Shown here: positions 12,229 to 26,500 of the stretch, in pieces
Layout of the letters: every line of letters starts with the position of its first letter
Position numbering within the stretch: the stretch's first letter is position 1
Assembly: GCA_963920595.1 (NCBI GenBank)
Contig: OY986946.1
Coordinates: 1,860,001-1,924,000 of the forward strand
Reading direction: 5' to 3'
DNA length: 64,000 bases
From: Eimeria praecox
Lineage: Eukaryota
Notes under the pieces: model-generated
Seen by the model: only the letters and a program-made list of their open reading frames with translations
Told to the model about the DNA's origin: nothing
The model's database searches: none
Program-made: the position numbers and the translations under genes

Positions 12229-13027
12229 CTAGCCTCCCCTTAGGTTCGCAGGCTTCCTGCCCAGAGAGGCCAAAGGGCTCGGCCTTCGTTGCGCTGAGGA
12301 GAGGGCCTGTTGCCAACTGCAACGCACCTGGTTGTGACTCCTGCTGCAAGGCAGCAACACATGTACGCGTGCCTAATGCACCAAATTTATGCATGTGCTA
12401 ACGCTGTAGACAACTAAACAGTTACTTAGCCCTCAGTACCCGGCCTGCGCATTAGGCAAGCAATGCTGAATCGCTCACTCCCGTCGTCCCCAAGAAGTAC
12501 AAGTCTTCGCATGCAGTGTATGGGTGGACCCAGGAAGGGGCTCCTGCCATACTTCTTGCTGCTGCGGTTCTTGCTGTTTCTCGGTCTGCTGCATCTTCTG
12601 CTGCTGCTTAGCTTGGTTCTCCATTTCCTCGTGCTGCATCGCTACTGCTGCATTGCTCGCTTTTGGAGCAGCTGTGGCTCCAGCAGCAGTTTCTGCTTCG
12701 GCTAAATCTAAAGAGCAAGGCAGCAGATCGTCACAGGCTGCATAAACCATACATTTGTCAACGCATATACTCTTACTGTGCTTGCCACTGTTTCGTTGTG
12801 GCTGGAGAGCCTCCAGCGGCCTGGGAAAAGCAGTTGAGTTTGGTTTGTTCTACTGCCAGTTTCCTCAAGTCTTACCTGAAGTACTTGAACTTCCCTTTCG
12901 GTATCATTCTCTTCCACGACCTGGTTAGATAGGTGTAACGCTCACCGGCGTCCCTCCCTGCTGCTGCTCCGAGCGCCGCTCGCAGCGGCAGCTGCACTCC
13001 GAGATGCATCAATGCTACACCTACCAT
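12229..13027 (-). CDS. Hypothetical spliced Gln/Ala-rich protein (tentative 4-exon model)
   Basis: GT-AG exons 13027-12876, 12820-12777, ~12707-12478 and ~12317-12229 join in consistent phase, with CAG-rich coding typical of Eimeria. No recognisable domain; ends are uncertain. Confidence 0.35.
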
Positions 13028-16000
13028 GATTGCTCACCCCAAAACGTAGGTCAATCCCAAAATATGTATTATCTAGCTCGGGCCTGAGGGCGAATTACCG
13101 CAGAAAAATAATGGCTCCATAGTGCATGTCAACAAAAGGTACAGCCGCCGCTGTAGTGCACTGCCACTACAATAATAGATAAAACAACTGGCCTGGCAGT
13201 TTTGCCTTGCTGGTTGGGTTGTTCCGATAGCATGGTGTTACATAGCTTGTCCGAAGTTGGTGCATGCACTTCTACTTGGGTTCAGCCTGCCTACTGAGTG
13301 CCAAATGAATGTTTAATGGGTCCCTACATTACAGCTTGCAGTGCTCGCACATTCGGTAAAAGGCGGATTGGCTGTGTTTGTACATGAGGCACAATCGCAG
13401 CATTATGGATTGGCTGTTTGAATATGCAGCAAAGCGGGAGGTTAGTTATGCTTGCACACGGAGCACCCTTCAAGTATTAGTTGCAATTTGCTGCGCTCTA
13501 ACGCATGGCAGATCTGCTCGTCTTCAGACCAGCGCCACGCCCCTAAGCTGCCCGGCTCAGGGTGCGTGGAGGCAGGAAGGTATGCCAGTTGCTCTTTCTG
13601 GGAACTCTACAACAAATTCGGTGCTTGAGGGTTATTGTTAGTTATTACAGTTCACAAATTATGCTTTGAGAAGTTTTGTACTGCTATTCTGCGATTCGGA
13701 GACAGGCTCCCTCATTCGGTTAAGAAAGTTTGAAATGGGGACCCAAGGAGGCGCCCCACGCGCGTTTTCAAGGGTAACTAACAAAGGCCGGCTTAGCCGG
13801 CTTAAGGGATTAGTTTGATAGTGCAGATAGATTTATAATCAACATTTATTCCAGATCAAAGGCAGGGCCTAAGGAGTGAGGGCTCGCTCGGCAGCAGTGC
13901 CCCTTTTCGCCCATAGTTCCTTCGGTGGTTCCAATCCTTTTCCTTCCCATCTTGTGAGGGGGATATGGAACCGTCCTGAGTTCATCACCAGAAGCTTATC
14001 TGCGATTAGGTTGTCTCTAGGGCCCGGTGCGGTCGAGGCTCAACGCTCCCTTTGTTATACTGGGAGGGCGCTCCTCATACACTCCATATCTGTGGCGGAG
14101 CAGTAGTGTATACAAATGTTTCATGGTCCTGAAATCTAATATGCATTGCGCCTGCCTATGCCTGTAGTTGCCACTACAGAGTCCAGGAAGGTATGCATAT
14201 GGGCCTGAGATATTGCTTTGCCCAAGCGTTCCTCAAAAAGCCGGATAATCCGTTGGTCATCTGGTCATTTGACTTAATTCTGTGGTCTTTTCTGGCCCCT
14301 CCGAGTCGTTACACATCTTTCGGCCGCCTACGTCTTCTTCAGTTGCTTCTTTTTTCCAATGCTAACGCTGCTTTGTGGGGAGAGCTTTGAAGAAAGCTCG
14401 TTGATTTTCTAAAGCCTTTTAGATAACAGGTATTGATGCAACGGTGGCACCTTTAGGCTAGGGTTAGGCCTACGATGTACGTCAATTCGTTGAATCCAAG
14501 CACCAGACGGCCTTATGCAACGCATTGCTAACGTCAAAGGCTGCTCGCCGTCCTGCGCGATTTGTAGAGGGTGCATATTTACTAAGACCAAGCCTGGTGG
14601 GTTAAACTTCACTCCAAATGCCGTTCAGTATTTCTTCTTGCTTAGTTCTTGGGCTTTGCTTATGCATTACCAAGCTGCTGCAAGCTGTAGATGGGGCTGG
14701 CTCCCAGCAACCAGTCAAATGTCGGTACACAAACCTGTGTTCTGGTGTACAGCAAAGAAGCCGACAAGCAGCGGATCGAGGTTGCACTGCTGTACTATGG
14801 GCCCAATCCGTAAAAGGGACAAATGCAAGCCTGTTAGATTAATTTTATTGGGTATAGAGGTCCTGATACTACCCAAGCACGCTGTTAGCGTTTTCAGCTT
14901 TGCCTGTACCTCCCAGGGCTCCGCGGAGGTCATATTATGGTATATAGTAACTAGGGTAATGCAAGAGACCGTATGATCTTGCGCCTTCCACCCCTCGCCT
15001 GGCATAATAAGAACCAGCCGCCTATGTTGTTGTGTCTATCCCGTCCCGTTGTTGAGCTTCACAGGAGCCAAGGCCGCTTGAGCGCCTGAGGAGGCGACAG
15101 GAAACGGGGCTTTCGCACAAAATAGCAGATGTGAATTGGCATGCCTGACCTGTAGGAAGCTAGAAGACTGCGTCAGCGCTCATAGTGATGATCCCCTGAT
15201 ATATGGTAGTGTGAAGATTTCTCTACCATCCGACAGACCGCCCACAGCTCCACCTCAAGTGCCAAATACATCTGCTCTCTTTCCGTGAAACGGTGTATCC
15301 TACATGCAATTATTTGGCCTTTTAAAGCAGCGGGCTCCCTGAGACTTAACTGTTGTGTCACAGGAAACAGCTATTATAAAGATTCGTCTGTCAAAATTAA
15401 GGACAGCGGGTTCTGGAGACGAAGTCAGCTTCCTGGTGAGGCTTCTGGTGGCCTCTTTGGTCGCTGCGCAAATGGGTTAGTTCGGCTGCACAGCCTCTGG
15501 CTTCACCGGATCTGATTTGACTGCTGCTGTATGGACAGGAGATCCGTAGGCGCTGATTGTATAAATGAAAAAATGGACATTTTTGTCTTTCAGAACCACT
15601 ACTCACTTAGGAGTTTAAAGGCGCGCTGCAGCTGCTGCAAGTGCTCCTGCATATCCCGGCTGAAAACAAGCACGGTGTACATGCATATAAACACTCAATA
15701 TTCATCGATTGGCTCCACAAGGACGTGATTCGACTGCCGATACAGTTTGGTGAGTGCATTGACAAGCCCAAAGGCCATACATGTATATTTGGGCGTGCGG
15801 GTATGAACTGCAGTGTTGTGGCTGTCTTCTGGATGTATTAGAACATGCAAAAATGTCTCCGCAAAATCGAATGATGAACAGAACGCTGAGCCGTGGAAGC
15901 GACCTAGTAGTTTGTCGATCGGGAAAGCCGGGAACTTCTGTTTCCCTGTGGTTTTGTTGAAGGGTTTGACGCGGGCGCACATGAGCCACCTCCAACCCTT

Positions 16001-18050
16001 GTTCTTCGCCAGCATCGGAAAATACCCAAACATGCTAATTAACTGCTAAACCCTTCGTTGCTTCAGCATTTCGTTTGCCTGCCACTCGATTTCCCCTTCA
16101 GGATGCCGGTATCTTAGAACAAAGCTCGCGGCTGCGCCAGGCGTGCAAACTGAAGCTTCAATCTCGCATGGCTCATTTAAAAATGTGAGTGCGACGGTAG
16201 GAGCATGACAGCGCACTGCGCAGGCCAATGATGATGTCATTTGATATTGCCCATAAGGGCCCGGCGAGATGCGTGCGGCGGCATGAGCATGGCCCAGGAG
16301 CGGCTATGACGAGTTGGATTATACCTGCTTTGAAGGGACGTAAAAATCTCCACGCCGACGCAGCTAGCTAGGCACACAAAAGTGAGAATTGCAAGCAGTA
16401 TAGCCAAGAACAGGCGGGAATAAAGAAGAGTATTGGGGACGTCAAAGCTTGGAGGAGCTACTGTGTCTGCTCGGTTCCCGGCTTCAGCGGATATCCAGGC
16501 AGCAGAGTGATCTCCTTTCTAACGAATCGTTCGTAGGATCATGCACTGCCCCACATGGGGCACACAGAATTGCCTGCACAATGCATACAGTAGACTGCTG
16601 CTCTGAGCTGATGGCCCACAACAGGTTGGCCGGTCCCCTCCTGCGTCAATTCTACGTCAATCCCATTGCAGTTCATGTGTGCAGTAGCCGGGATCGTTGT
16701 GCTTTGGAGGTCAGACGGAAGATACCAACTCGCTCATGTGATGTTCGCTTAAATCACACGCTAACTGAACTGCAATATCGGTGAGAAACAAATTCCCTAG
16801 GTATGCTTTTGCGTGCAGTGAGCTGGTGCAATGTCAAGCGCTCCGTGCCTGTACTATTTTAGTAGCGATGGTGTAGAATCCGTAGCCTTTAATACAAAAT
16901 TAAGATTGTAAGGGCCAGCTTTCCTCTTTGTTGATTTCTCCAGACACAGTAACTTATTGGTTTTACGTTTTTAGCTAGACCAATGTGCAATAAATGACTG
17001 CAGTTCGCGCTGACGTATGTTCAGCCTCCCTTCAATTCTACGCATACAAAGGCTGCACAATAATGTGCAGGTCGTGGTAGTCCAGCCCAGCACGGCGGCC
17101 TGAGTCCACTGCATGTAGTCTAGGGCACCACTGCTAGCCTCATTGCCCAGCGCGTTTATGTACTTAAAAAAAACTTGTTTAAACCAGGACAGGTACAGAT
17201 CCGGAAGGTAGTGTCTATGAAAATGTACGTAAGCACATGCTTGACGACGAAAGCTCGTGTCTAAGCTTTCTCGTACCCTGATTATATCTGCCTGACAAGA
17301 TTGGATCATGCGAATGCTTTTCGCAATAATTAGGGGACACTGGATGCCCGTAGGCCGGCCGCAACTCCAGTAATTTGAAATACAAATTTAAAATCGATTT
17401 GAATTTAGTCATCATCAAGAATAAGGATGAAATGCCCCGCCCCTAATCTCTGGTAGGCGCATTGGTGCTTTGAGCCGGTCAGCTCACGGCATGGAGTGCA
17501 TAGCGGTCGCCACTTTCCAAGTGACCAACACAGGCATGATGTAAGTGAGTGTCTTGCAGATTCAATTCTTCTGTAAAAGGGACACTTTTCCCCACCCCTA
17601 TTGGCAAATCGATGCATAGATCACACTGACAGCCTGGCGGAGCATGCAGCCTTTGGCAAGGAGTGACTCTCTGCACCGTTAGCAATCGAAAACGATGCTG
17701 CATTGGACGCAACAAAGGCACTGGAGTTTATTAAAATGTTTTAATCATTTTCATTCTTTTTTGCAGTTTAAGAAGCCCGTACTTCTCTTGCCCAGTGTTC
17801 TGCATGCAGTCCCGTAGTGTCTTTGCTGCGAGCACAAGGTGGGGCTTTCTGTAAGATGCAGTGCCATGCTGCAAACTTTGCGCTGCAAAAGCCGTGGGAA
17901 AAAAAGACCGTTAGTGGCTGGTATGGGGAGAATGAACAACCCTAGAAGCCAAGCTCGGTTGTGATCTTAGGTTGGTTCATTTGTATCGTAGTGCCGGGTG
18001 GACAAATCGGCCCATACGCACTGCTTACCAGCGAACTTTAGTCTCCGAAG

Positions 18051-20270
18051 ATGGATTTTATGTACGAAGGCCGCAATGCAGGGGTCTTACTCCACTTAAC
18101 TTCACTGCCGAGCAAATGCGGCATTGTTGGGGACTTCGGGGAAAGTGCTGAACCGTTTCTAGCATACCTCAAGGATGCGGGGTTTTCCTATTGGCAAGTG
18201 CTCCCTGTCGGGCCTTGCACTTATTCTCAGTCTCAGCCCGGTTGTCCATATTTGAGCACAAGTTCTTTCGCACTGAACCCTTTGTTTGTTTGTCCTGCTG
18301 GTTTAGTAACTCTCGGGCTCGTCACCGCAGAGGAAGTAAGTCATCTGGTGGCCAAATGGCAGGCAAAGCAAGAGGAGAGGAAAGCCCTTAGAGCAGAGGG
18401 CTCCTCTCAGGAAGCCGTTGAATGCGGCGACTTCGTTGACTACCATGTAGCCAAGGGCTACAAGGATGAATTGCTTGCCATCGCGTACAACGCATTTATT
18501 AAAAACGCCCCCACAGAAGAATACGACGAATTTTGTAAGACCAACAAATTTTGGCTCGATGGGTATGTGCTATTTGAAGCCATACAGGCAAGGCATCCCC
18601 ATGCCGCATCATGGCTTGAATGGCCCGAGGAATATCGGTCATATAGAAGTCTTGTAAAGAATGAATCATTACTGCAAAGCCTTGAGCTGCTGAATGCAGA
18701 TCAGCACCTCACTGACACGGCAATTACAGGACCGATTGAACAATTGCTACCACAGTTCCACCGTTTTGTGCAGTTTATCCTCTCCCAGCAGTGGAGTCAG
18801 CTGCGCCGTCAGGCCAACATAAACGGGATTAAAATCCTGGGTGACATAGCCTTTTACGTCAACATGCACTCTAGTGATGCCTGGAGTAACTCCGAGATGT
18901 TTCAGATGGACACTGCTACCAACAGGCCGCTCTACGTGTCGGGTGAGGCGGACAGGAGAGTGCTCACAGTCCACCTCGATCACCCCTTATAAGACACACC
19001 AATAGGGCCACAGCAGCGCTCGTGACTCCGGGTTTGCTGCTCAGTGCTTGCGATGCAGGCGTGCCGCCAGACTATTTTAGCGCCGAAGGGCAACTTTGGG
19101 GACATCCTGTCTATGCATGGGATGCCCACGAGCGCACCAATTTCAGCTGGTGGACCCGTCGTCTTGCAAAGAGTTTCGAGAAGTTTGATGCATGCCGGCT
19201 TGATCATTTTCGCGGATTTGAGTCGTACTGGAGGGTACCCTACGACTTTGCTATACAGCACAGAAGCGCCAGAAATGGGGAGTGGGTGCAGGGTCCTGGG
19301 ACAAAGCTTTTCGACGCAATATTCAAGAACATGGGCTGGGAGAATCCCAGGGTAAATGTTGCTACGGCCTATTCGGAGGCACTGAGCAAGCACGCAAAAC
19401 AGCCATCAGTAAAGAAGCGGCTTGCCAACATGATCAACAAGCATATTGCTAAGTCGAAACAGCCGAGCAACAACTCCGGGGCGCCACACTCCTTTGGGAC
19501 GCTAGGGAGAGGCGAGTCGTCTAGACCCGCACCCTTACTGATAGCAGAGGACCTGGGCTTCATTACGCCCGAGATTGTCGCCCTCAGGGACAAGTACAGC
19601 ATTTTTAGCATGCGCGTCATGCAGTTTGCCTGGGCAGACAAAGAAAAAGGATTGCGCTGCGAGCATCTTCCGTACAATCACACGCGAGACTGCGTTGTAT
19701 ATACCGGGACACACGACAACTCAACTTCACAGTCCTGGTGGAAGACAGCTTCTTCTGAAGAGAAAAAGCATCTGTTGAGCTATCTTGGTGAGGCTGATAG
19801 GCGAATGCTAGTGTCCATACAAAAGGGGAGGCCAAAGCCTTGAACGAGTGTCAGTAATAAGGGCTGCACTTCCATTAAAAATCACCTAGTCCATCAACAG
19901 CGTGTGTTTCCTCCGGCAAACGAAGATCTTCTTGTAAAATATAGTTTATGAAGCTGGGCTCTACATTCGTTTGGCTGGCATGCGTGCAGGCTTGAGCGAA
20001 GAACCTGCAACATTTGCGGTTCACAGGCTCTTAGCTCACTTGGCACTTCTCAGTGTTGCAAATCTCGTAATCCTCCCAGTTCAAGATATATTAGGCCTTG
20101 ATGATCGAGCTAGGTTTAACCTTCCAGGCGTCGATTGTCCTAAAAACTGGAGTTGGAAACTCAGCAGCCTGGGCCCTCTCTACGCTCCGGAAAACTTGAA
20201 CCCCCTCCGCGACATGCTCATCCTGTCAAATAGATATATTTCATCAGAATCGCTGGAGCAGCCTATATAA
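18051..20270 (+). CDS. 4-alpha-glucanotransferase (disproportionating enzyme / amylomaltase, GH77), 3 exons (18051-18942, 19059-19787, 19990-20270)
   Basis: GH77 motifs: GVLLHLTSLP, WQVLP, PY...SSFALNPL, GDIAFYV..SSD, GVPPDYFS.EGQLWGHP, RLDHFRGF (nucleophile D), IAEDLG (acid/base E), YTGTHDN, QDILGL...RFNLPG...NWSW. Both introns are GT-AG and phase 1. Confidence 0.95.
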
Positions 20271-21820
20271 GATATACACGGGGCTTCCCTGACACATTGA
20301 ACTCAACTAGTGACATGCCAATTGTAAATGAAGCGTCCACGCTGGTTGCGCAGAGTTTAGCACGCATCCCATGAATACCAAAATGTAGATCGTCCAGTGT
20401 TCGCATCATTTATAAGTGACGCACAAAAGCTTCTGGAAGGCTCTGGTTGGTAGGTACTGAGCAGGCATTTCATCAACTCGGCCGGAATGGTGGGCCCTTA
20501 ATGCATACTTATCGAGGTATCGGGTCGCACCAAGCATAAATGGAAAAAAGAGATTTCCACAGCAGCCCCGAAGAGCACGCAGATTTCTAGGCAGCTTAAT
20601 GTTACGTGCATAGACTTAGCTTGGGTACATGCGAGCCGTATGCAGTAAATCCTAAGAGCAAGCTATTCTGACAGCATGAAAGAAGAGGGCAAACATGCCC
20701 AGAATCTAGTGGCCTATGGACGAGAACGCAGTGGCTCGACGGAGCACCGTTGAAAGGCGCGCACAGAATGTGTCACTCCAAACTGCTACTATCTTGCCAT
20801 CTATTCCTCAGTCGCATTTCCAGAAGACGGAATGATGCCTGCGTAGTATTTGTGCTGCGGCATCGATCGCATGTACTTCTGCTCACCTTCAATTTATCCT
20901 TTAATATACTACTGAACAATGTTGAATGTGAAGGCATGCATGCGTTCTGTTCTAACATTGGACCGGCGGGGGGCACATTTTATACTTCAGCATTTTACCT
21001 CTGCCAACGGGCTTTCCTTTACCCACCTATAGTATTTTCCCTTCACTTGACGAACCCTGCATTCAAATCTTTATTTTGCTTGGCGGCGCTCCACATCGTT
21101 GGGGCGCGGCCGAGTTCACAATCATTTGGTAAGGCCCTAAGCAGTAGGGCCTTTACTTCGTGCATCTTTTTGTTGCCTTGAAATGCAGCCAAAATGCACA
21201 AATTTTGGAGCGGTCTAGAAGTTCACCATTTCTACCGCGGGCTTCCTGTGCATGCACGGCCTTGGTAGGTGATGATGGCGCAACATTCCTGAGAAACCAG
21301 AATGCCTGCTCTGTCGATAAGCTGAAAGCGCTTTAAACAGATAGCTAAGTAACACCTATTTGTTGAGACTTCCAAGGGCGAAGCTCGCATTTTGCGATTA
21401 TCAAATCGAACGCTTCTTGATTCCGATTTCCCGCGCATGCGAAACTCCACCAGTTCAACAGCCATGCTTCCGAGGCTATACCCCGGGCACTTTATCTTTA
21501 AAGCTCGGAAATACAAGTTACAGCTCATGCCGATTTTCCCCATGCTGGAAACTCCTGTAAATCAATATTTGGAGCGATTATGGGGAATATGATCTGCTGA
21601 CGTGTTCCCCTTATGATGAGTATGAAGCCTCGAGGCAAGCGCATGCTTCTTCATCGGGGCCCGAATAGGTTGGCAAAGTGGGATCTGGCTACGTTGTAGG
21701 CTACCAGATGTGCGCCTTTCAAGGAAGTAGCAAGTGGCGCTTGGCATAGCTACAGTGGCTGTATGTGTGCGTTTGCTTATACTGAAAGCCTATGTAGCAT
21801 AGTACCTATTTGTTTGTATA

Positions 21821-23010
21821 GGTTGGACAGGGGTTTGAGAGCGTGCGATAGTCGATGCAGATGGCTAAAACAATTGGCGGGCCAGCCTCCTGTCTTCATG
21901 AATTGTGGATCGTTTTTCTGACTATGCCAACCAGGATGGGTCTAGGGATGTGAGAAGGAGCTTTAAGCTATATGGTAAGGATAGAGAGGTGCTGGCAACC
22001 CTTGGCAACCCTTGGCACCTTGCTATTCAAACAGTTCGTCAATGCCTGAAAAAGCTAAAGAAGAATTTTCAAGACTAATGACGAGGCCATTGTTGTTTGC
22101 ACCACGGTGTTACCACCAACGTGGTCGTCGGGTAAATGACGGGAATTGGACCCGCTTTAAATAAATCCACAGCTTATTGTCTTTTTCTTTCTAAGCAGCT
22201 CTTTTCTTTCCTCCGCAGACACTCAAGCGGCTGAGGTACACGACCCCTACAAAGGACGACGACTTAAGCGCAACAGCATAGACGAGCATCCTCTTTTGTT
22301 GTGAAAGGAGCGAAAATTGTTCTTATTATTTGTTCGGGGCCCATCTAGTGCAAAGGTTTTGCATAGAGAATGCAATAATGCACTTGGCTAGCACAAATGA
22401 TGGGTAAGTAGACCTTTTGGTTGCTTAGGGTGAGCACCTCAGCCGAGTATTCTGTCCTCGCTTGTCCGGAGCATTAGAAGCTGAGCAGCATTCTCAAACA
22501 GGGACCAATTTTGATTCTACCTTAGAAATGGTAAACCTCTTGCAGAATCATCTGCTTCCTAGATAATGGTGGACTCACTTATTCACTAATCATGTCTGAT
22601 ATCTCCAGGATTTTCCGAAAACCATCGGTATCAATAAAGGCATCCTCTCGGGAATCATAAGGAAAGCACAGCATCGAAGATCAAAAGCATACAGCAAACG
22701 GCATCAGCATCAGCAACCACAGGCGCGTTGGATTTAGTGGATATTCTCAGTCTACAAAGCTCGTAGGAGAATAAGCATCCGAAGAAATTCCCCCATGCGT
22801 TGCATATAGTTATTTGGTCCTCAGTGCCTGCTAAGCATTTTGGAAAAGCAACACCAGTGGTTTGACGGTAGCTCCATGGTAAGGCTAAATCTATAACGGG
22901 CGAACTTCCTAGGTTGCTTCACGGAAACACCGAAGAATCCCCACATCCGCACCCCAAATTGAGGCAGCGTCGTTGCGAGAAGGAGCAGCAGGAGGAGACT
23001 GAGATCCTGG
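21821..23010 (+). CDS. Possible small multi-exon gene of unknown function
   Basis: Several short segments are bracketed by pyrimidine-rich AG and GT sites (about 21821-21974, 22219-22236, 22368-22404, 22609-22627, 22913-23010). No full model or homology was established. Confidence 0.2.
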
Positions 23011-23583
23011 ATACAGGGCTAATGACGCCCAGGAGCAACAGAGATCAAGAGTATAACGTTGATTGTCCACGATACCGACAATCTAACTGGATTTACGAGG
23101 ATAGCGTGGATGAAACAGTTCCTTGGAACTACCTGCGCGCTCTGCTTGATTGAGTTGTGATGGCTACCGGGATGAGCATGAGCAGCATAGCTTAAACTTG
23201 GGACGCGCACAACCGTCTTGCAGTCAAGGGCTCTGTCACATCTGTAGAGGAGCCCACAACCTTACATCTGCTTGTTCTTAGGAGCTGCTTAATTTCCCGG
23301 CATAATATTCTCATTCTACCTAGGGCATCCGCTTCACGGTAGCTTCTCTGCTACGCGTTTGATGGTGCTCGCTGTGTGCCTTTGGTGAACGAATCACGAC
23401 GCAGCTGCCACCCAAGCGTAAGGCACACAGTGTTTTAGATTATTGTTGACCACAGCACTGAGCAAGCCTGCAGCATACGCATGCGATCAGAAGCAGCGGC
23501 AGCCAATATCTGCAGCAACTGCAGATGCTGAATCTTTCGTTTTGCCCTTGCCGCTTTTCACTTCGTTCTGCAGGCTCTAGAAG

Positions 23584-26500
23584 CTAAATCGCCCTCCGCC
23601 CCTCGATCCTCTCCTCGGAGCACCCACCACTTCTTGGGCAGCCACCCACAGGAGGGCCTGAGCTATTGGGCGTGAAAGGGGCAAGCAAGCGTAGCTTGAC
23701 CTGCCTGGAGTTGGTGCGTGCATTTTCGCTTATTTTCGTGCTTGCTAATGAGGACGAAAAGAGCGTTTGAGGCTTTTCTATGACGATAATGCCTGCATCC
23801 AACGGCGCCATGGGCCTGCTCGAATGGGGCTGCCTTCCAAGGGGTGTTGTGTTGCAGTCAGTTGTACTAATAGCAGCGCCAGGGTTGTGCGTCGCTGTGC
23901 CCAGGACACATAACACTGGAGTGGAGGCTAGGTCCTCTTCGGGGACTCTTATTTTTAGTATTTTGTCAAACTCCCAGGGGACTCAAGTCTTTGCCCAACT
24001 TGCCAACCAATCTATCTGAAAATTAAGGTGATTGTAGGCGCTTGTATGCTCGCAGTTTTGAAGAACAGCATCGTTCGAAAAAAAGGGTTAGCACAACCCA
24101 CGCGTAGGGCATCACATCGCAGCTTCCAGCACTCCCTTAATGCATGTCACAAAGGTTCGCATGGGAATCATTACAGATGAATTCAACAGCATTTTGCTTT
24201 TTTTGCTTGAATAAGAGTTCAGGTCCTCTTACACAATGAGCTCATCGCATTTTTACAAATTGCTGACCTGCCAAAAATGAGAATAAAGCATGTTTAAAAA
24301 GTGGAAATCGCCACTGCCTTTAAGCTGACGACAGTAGAACGGAAAAGTGCACGGCTGACAAAGCTTATTAGTAAAACATGCCAGGGTGATTCCAAGCCTC
24401 TTTTCCTCCAAAGCATTCCATCAGAGTGTGGCCACGATTAAGGAGCAAATTCTGCTCGAATGGATTGGTTCGGTTCTCAGTTTTCCTCATACAAAAGAGC
24501 AAAACCATGCTTAGGATATCTACCGGAGGGGCAGAGTAATCACCCCGGCACCTGGTGGAACCTCTTGGCGTGAGGGCCCTCGGCATTAATGCTCTACAGC
24601 ATGCAACGCTGGCCAAGACAGGCGCTAGTTAACGTGCTGCGCAGTTGCTACCTAAAACAATAATAGTGACGGTGTTGAGAGAAATTTGGATATCGGCAGC
24701 GTGGTGCTCGATGAGCTACACCACATCTGCACGAAGGTTTTATCTGCTGTCCTCCCACCAGTTCTACCGGCTTGCATGCATCTGGGAACCACTGAAATAA
24801 GGGGGACTGCAGTCTAACTTCAAGGCCTTTTGGACATTGCTAACCCAGTCGGCAAATGCCGCTACAGGCGGAGACCTGAGAAGCCATTAGGAAGGGCTAA
24901 TCAATACGGCAAGTTCAGCAGATCTACACACATGTTGAAGCAAGTGCTTTAGGATGTGACCATCTGGAGCAGGACAATATTGTGAAATCAAGGAGAGGAG
25001 AACATACACGTTGATTGGACTTCCGCACCTGGAGATCTGTTTATTCTTGACGTCCGGCAGCACGTGAGGCTGGAGAGAAGGCTGGTCTGCTTTGCTGTCC
25101 GAATTCGGTTTCGGCCTACACCGAAGATCTGAGACACCTTGGCTGTCACCACCACGTTCTGTACCATCATTCTCCCCTACCAGCGAGGATACAGATATGC
25201 TGATTTTAGGGGCTCCATTGTTTGTTTCGTGTGCTCTGTTGATGGCTTTCCGCAAAGCAGGTCGCACTTCCCTTCCGCTCCCCAGCCGTCCACTTGTCCC
25301 TAGACGCGTCTGCAGGCAAGGGGGACGCGAGTCCCTGAGCCGTCCCCATCGGCAATATGTGTGATGTTTTGGAACATTGAACGTACATCTCTACAGCGGC
25401 GTTTCCATTTTGGAAAATGCATCAGTGAGTCACCTGCATTTTTCCAAACTGGATATTGGCAATGTCCTCAACCAACCTGACAACCAGTCCGAACATGAAT
25501 TCGAGGTCATCGTGTCTACTCTTGCTCTCGTTGATCTCAGCATGCAAGGCTGCTATTCGGTCGTCTAATGCAGTATCCTGCAAAACTACAGACGCTCCTT
25601 ATCGAACGAGTAAACCGGTGCAGAAAACACAAGCGGTGCTGCCGAAGGCCCATTCAATGAGTCTGCAAAACAGCCGGAGCAGCAATGACAAGCTAGTGGT
25701 GTCCTTTCTAAGTCTAACCTGTACAGTTTTGTAACTTTCCAACTTCTGAATACCTTCCGAAAGACTCTGCAGGGATATCATTCACCCTCACAACAGCAAA
25801 CGCCACAGGCCTTAGGACTGCGCAGGAACTGCGTTATCTTTCGTGCGCAGGACCTGCGTTATCTTTCGTTCAAGTAAATGCTGTTTTCTGGAGACTGGAA
25901 TTTACCGCGTTCTTAGACGTTACTTCGAGTCCTAAATTTTCCAACTCTTTCCTGTCGGCTTTTGCGGCATCAAGCTGCTTTACGGCAGTCCAAATGAGCA
26001 AAATGTCCTTCATCATATTCTTGACATCATCTGCACATACTCAGCATTTTGCTGGCCCTCACTTCCTCAACTATTTTCCTTACACGAGCAGCTTTTCACT
26101 TGCTGGATTCAGTACAGCCATACGCATCGCCCAAAGCATGCAGTCGAGTGTCTTATTAAAATAATGAAGAAGGAAATCACCGTCTCTTGCCAGAAGTGCG
26201 AACTGCCCGGACAGCTGCGTTACCATGGCTTCAGCGCTTTGCACACGTTCCTCAGCACTCCGACGGAAATTTGCGTGAATTTCAAGGGCGGCGTCCATCT
26301 GCAACAGGACGGGTGGAGAGGTTTGGAGGTACAATTTTTAAAACAGGTTTTGCTAACGAGTGGTCCTGATGCTGGCGGTTACCACTTGTAAAGCGCTACC
26401 GCCCCTACTGAAAGAAACCATTTCTTAAGGAAAATCTGCCTCCTTTGGGCGGCGTACTTTTGCTAGTGCATCTGTGCCTTCCTTAGCCTTATGCTCAAGT

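Noticed and set aside
13100..18000. Numerous 60-150 aa ORFs, likewise at 32800-36600 and 55200-58100
   Set aside because: No motifs, no consistent exon chains, and overlapping on both strands, as expected by chance.
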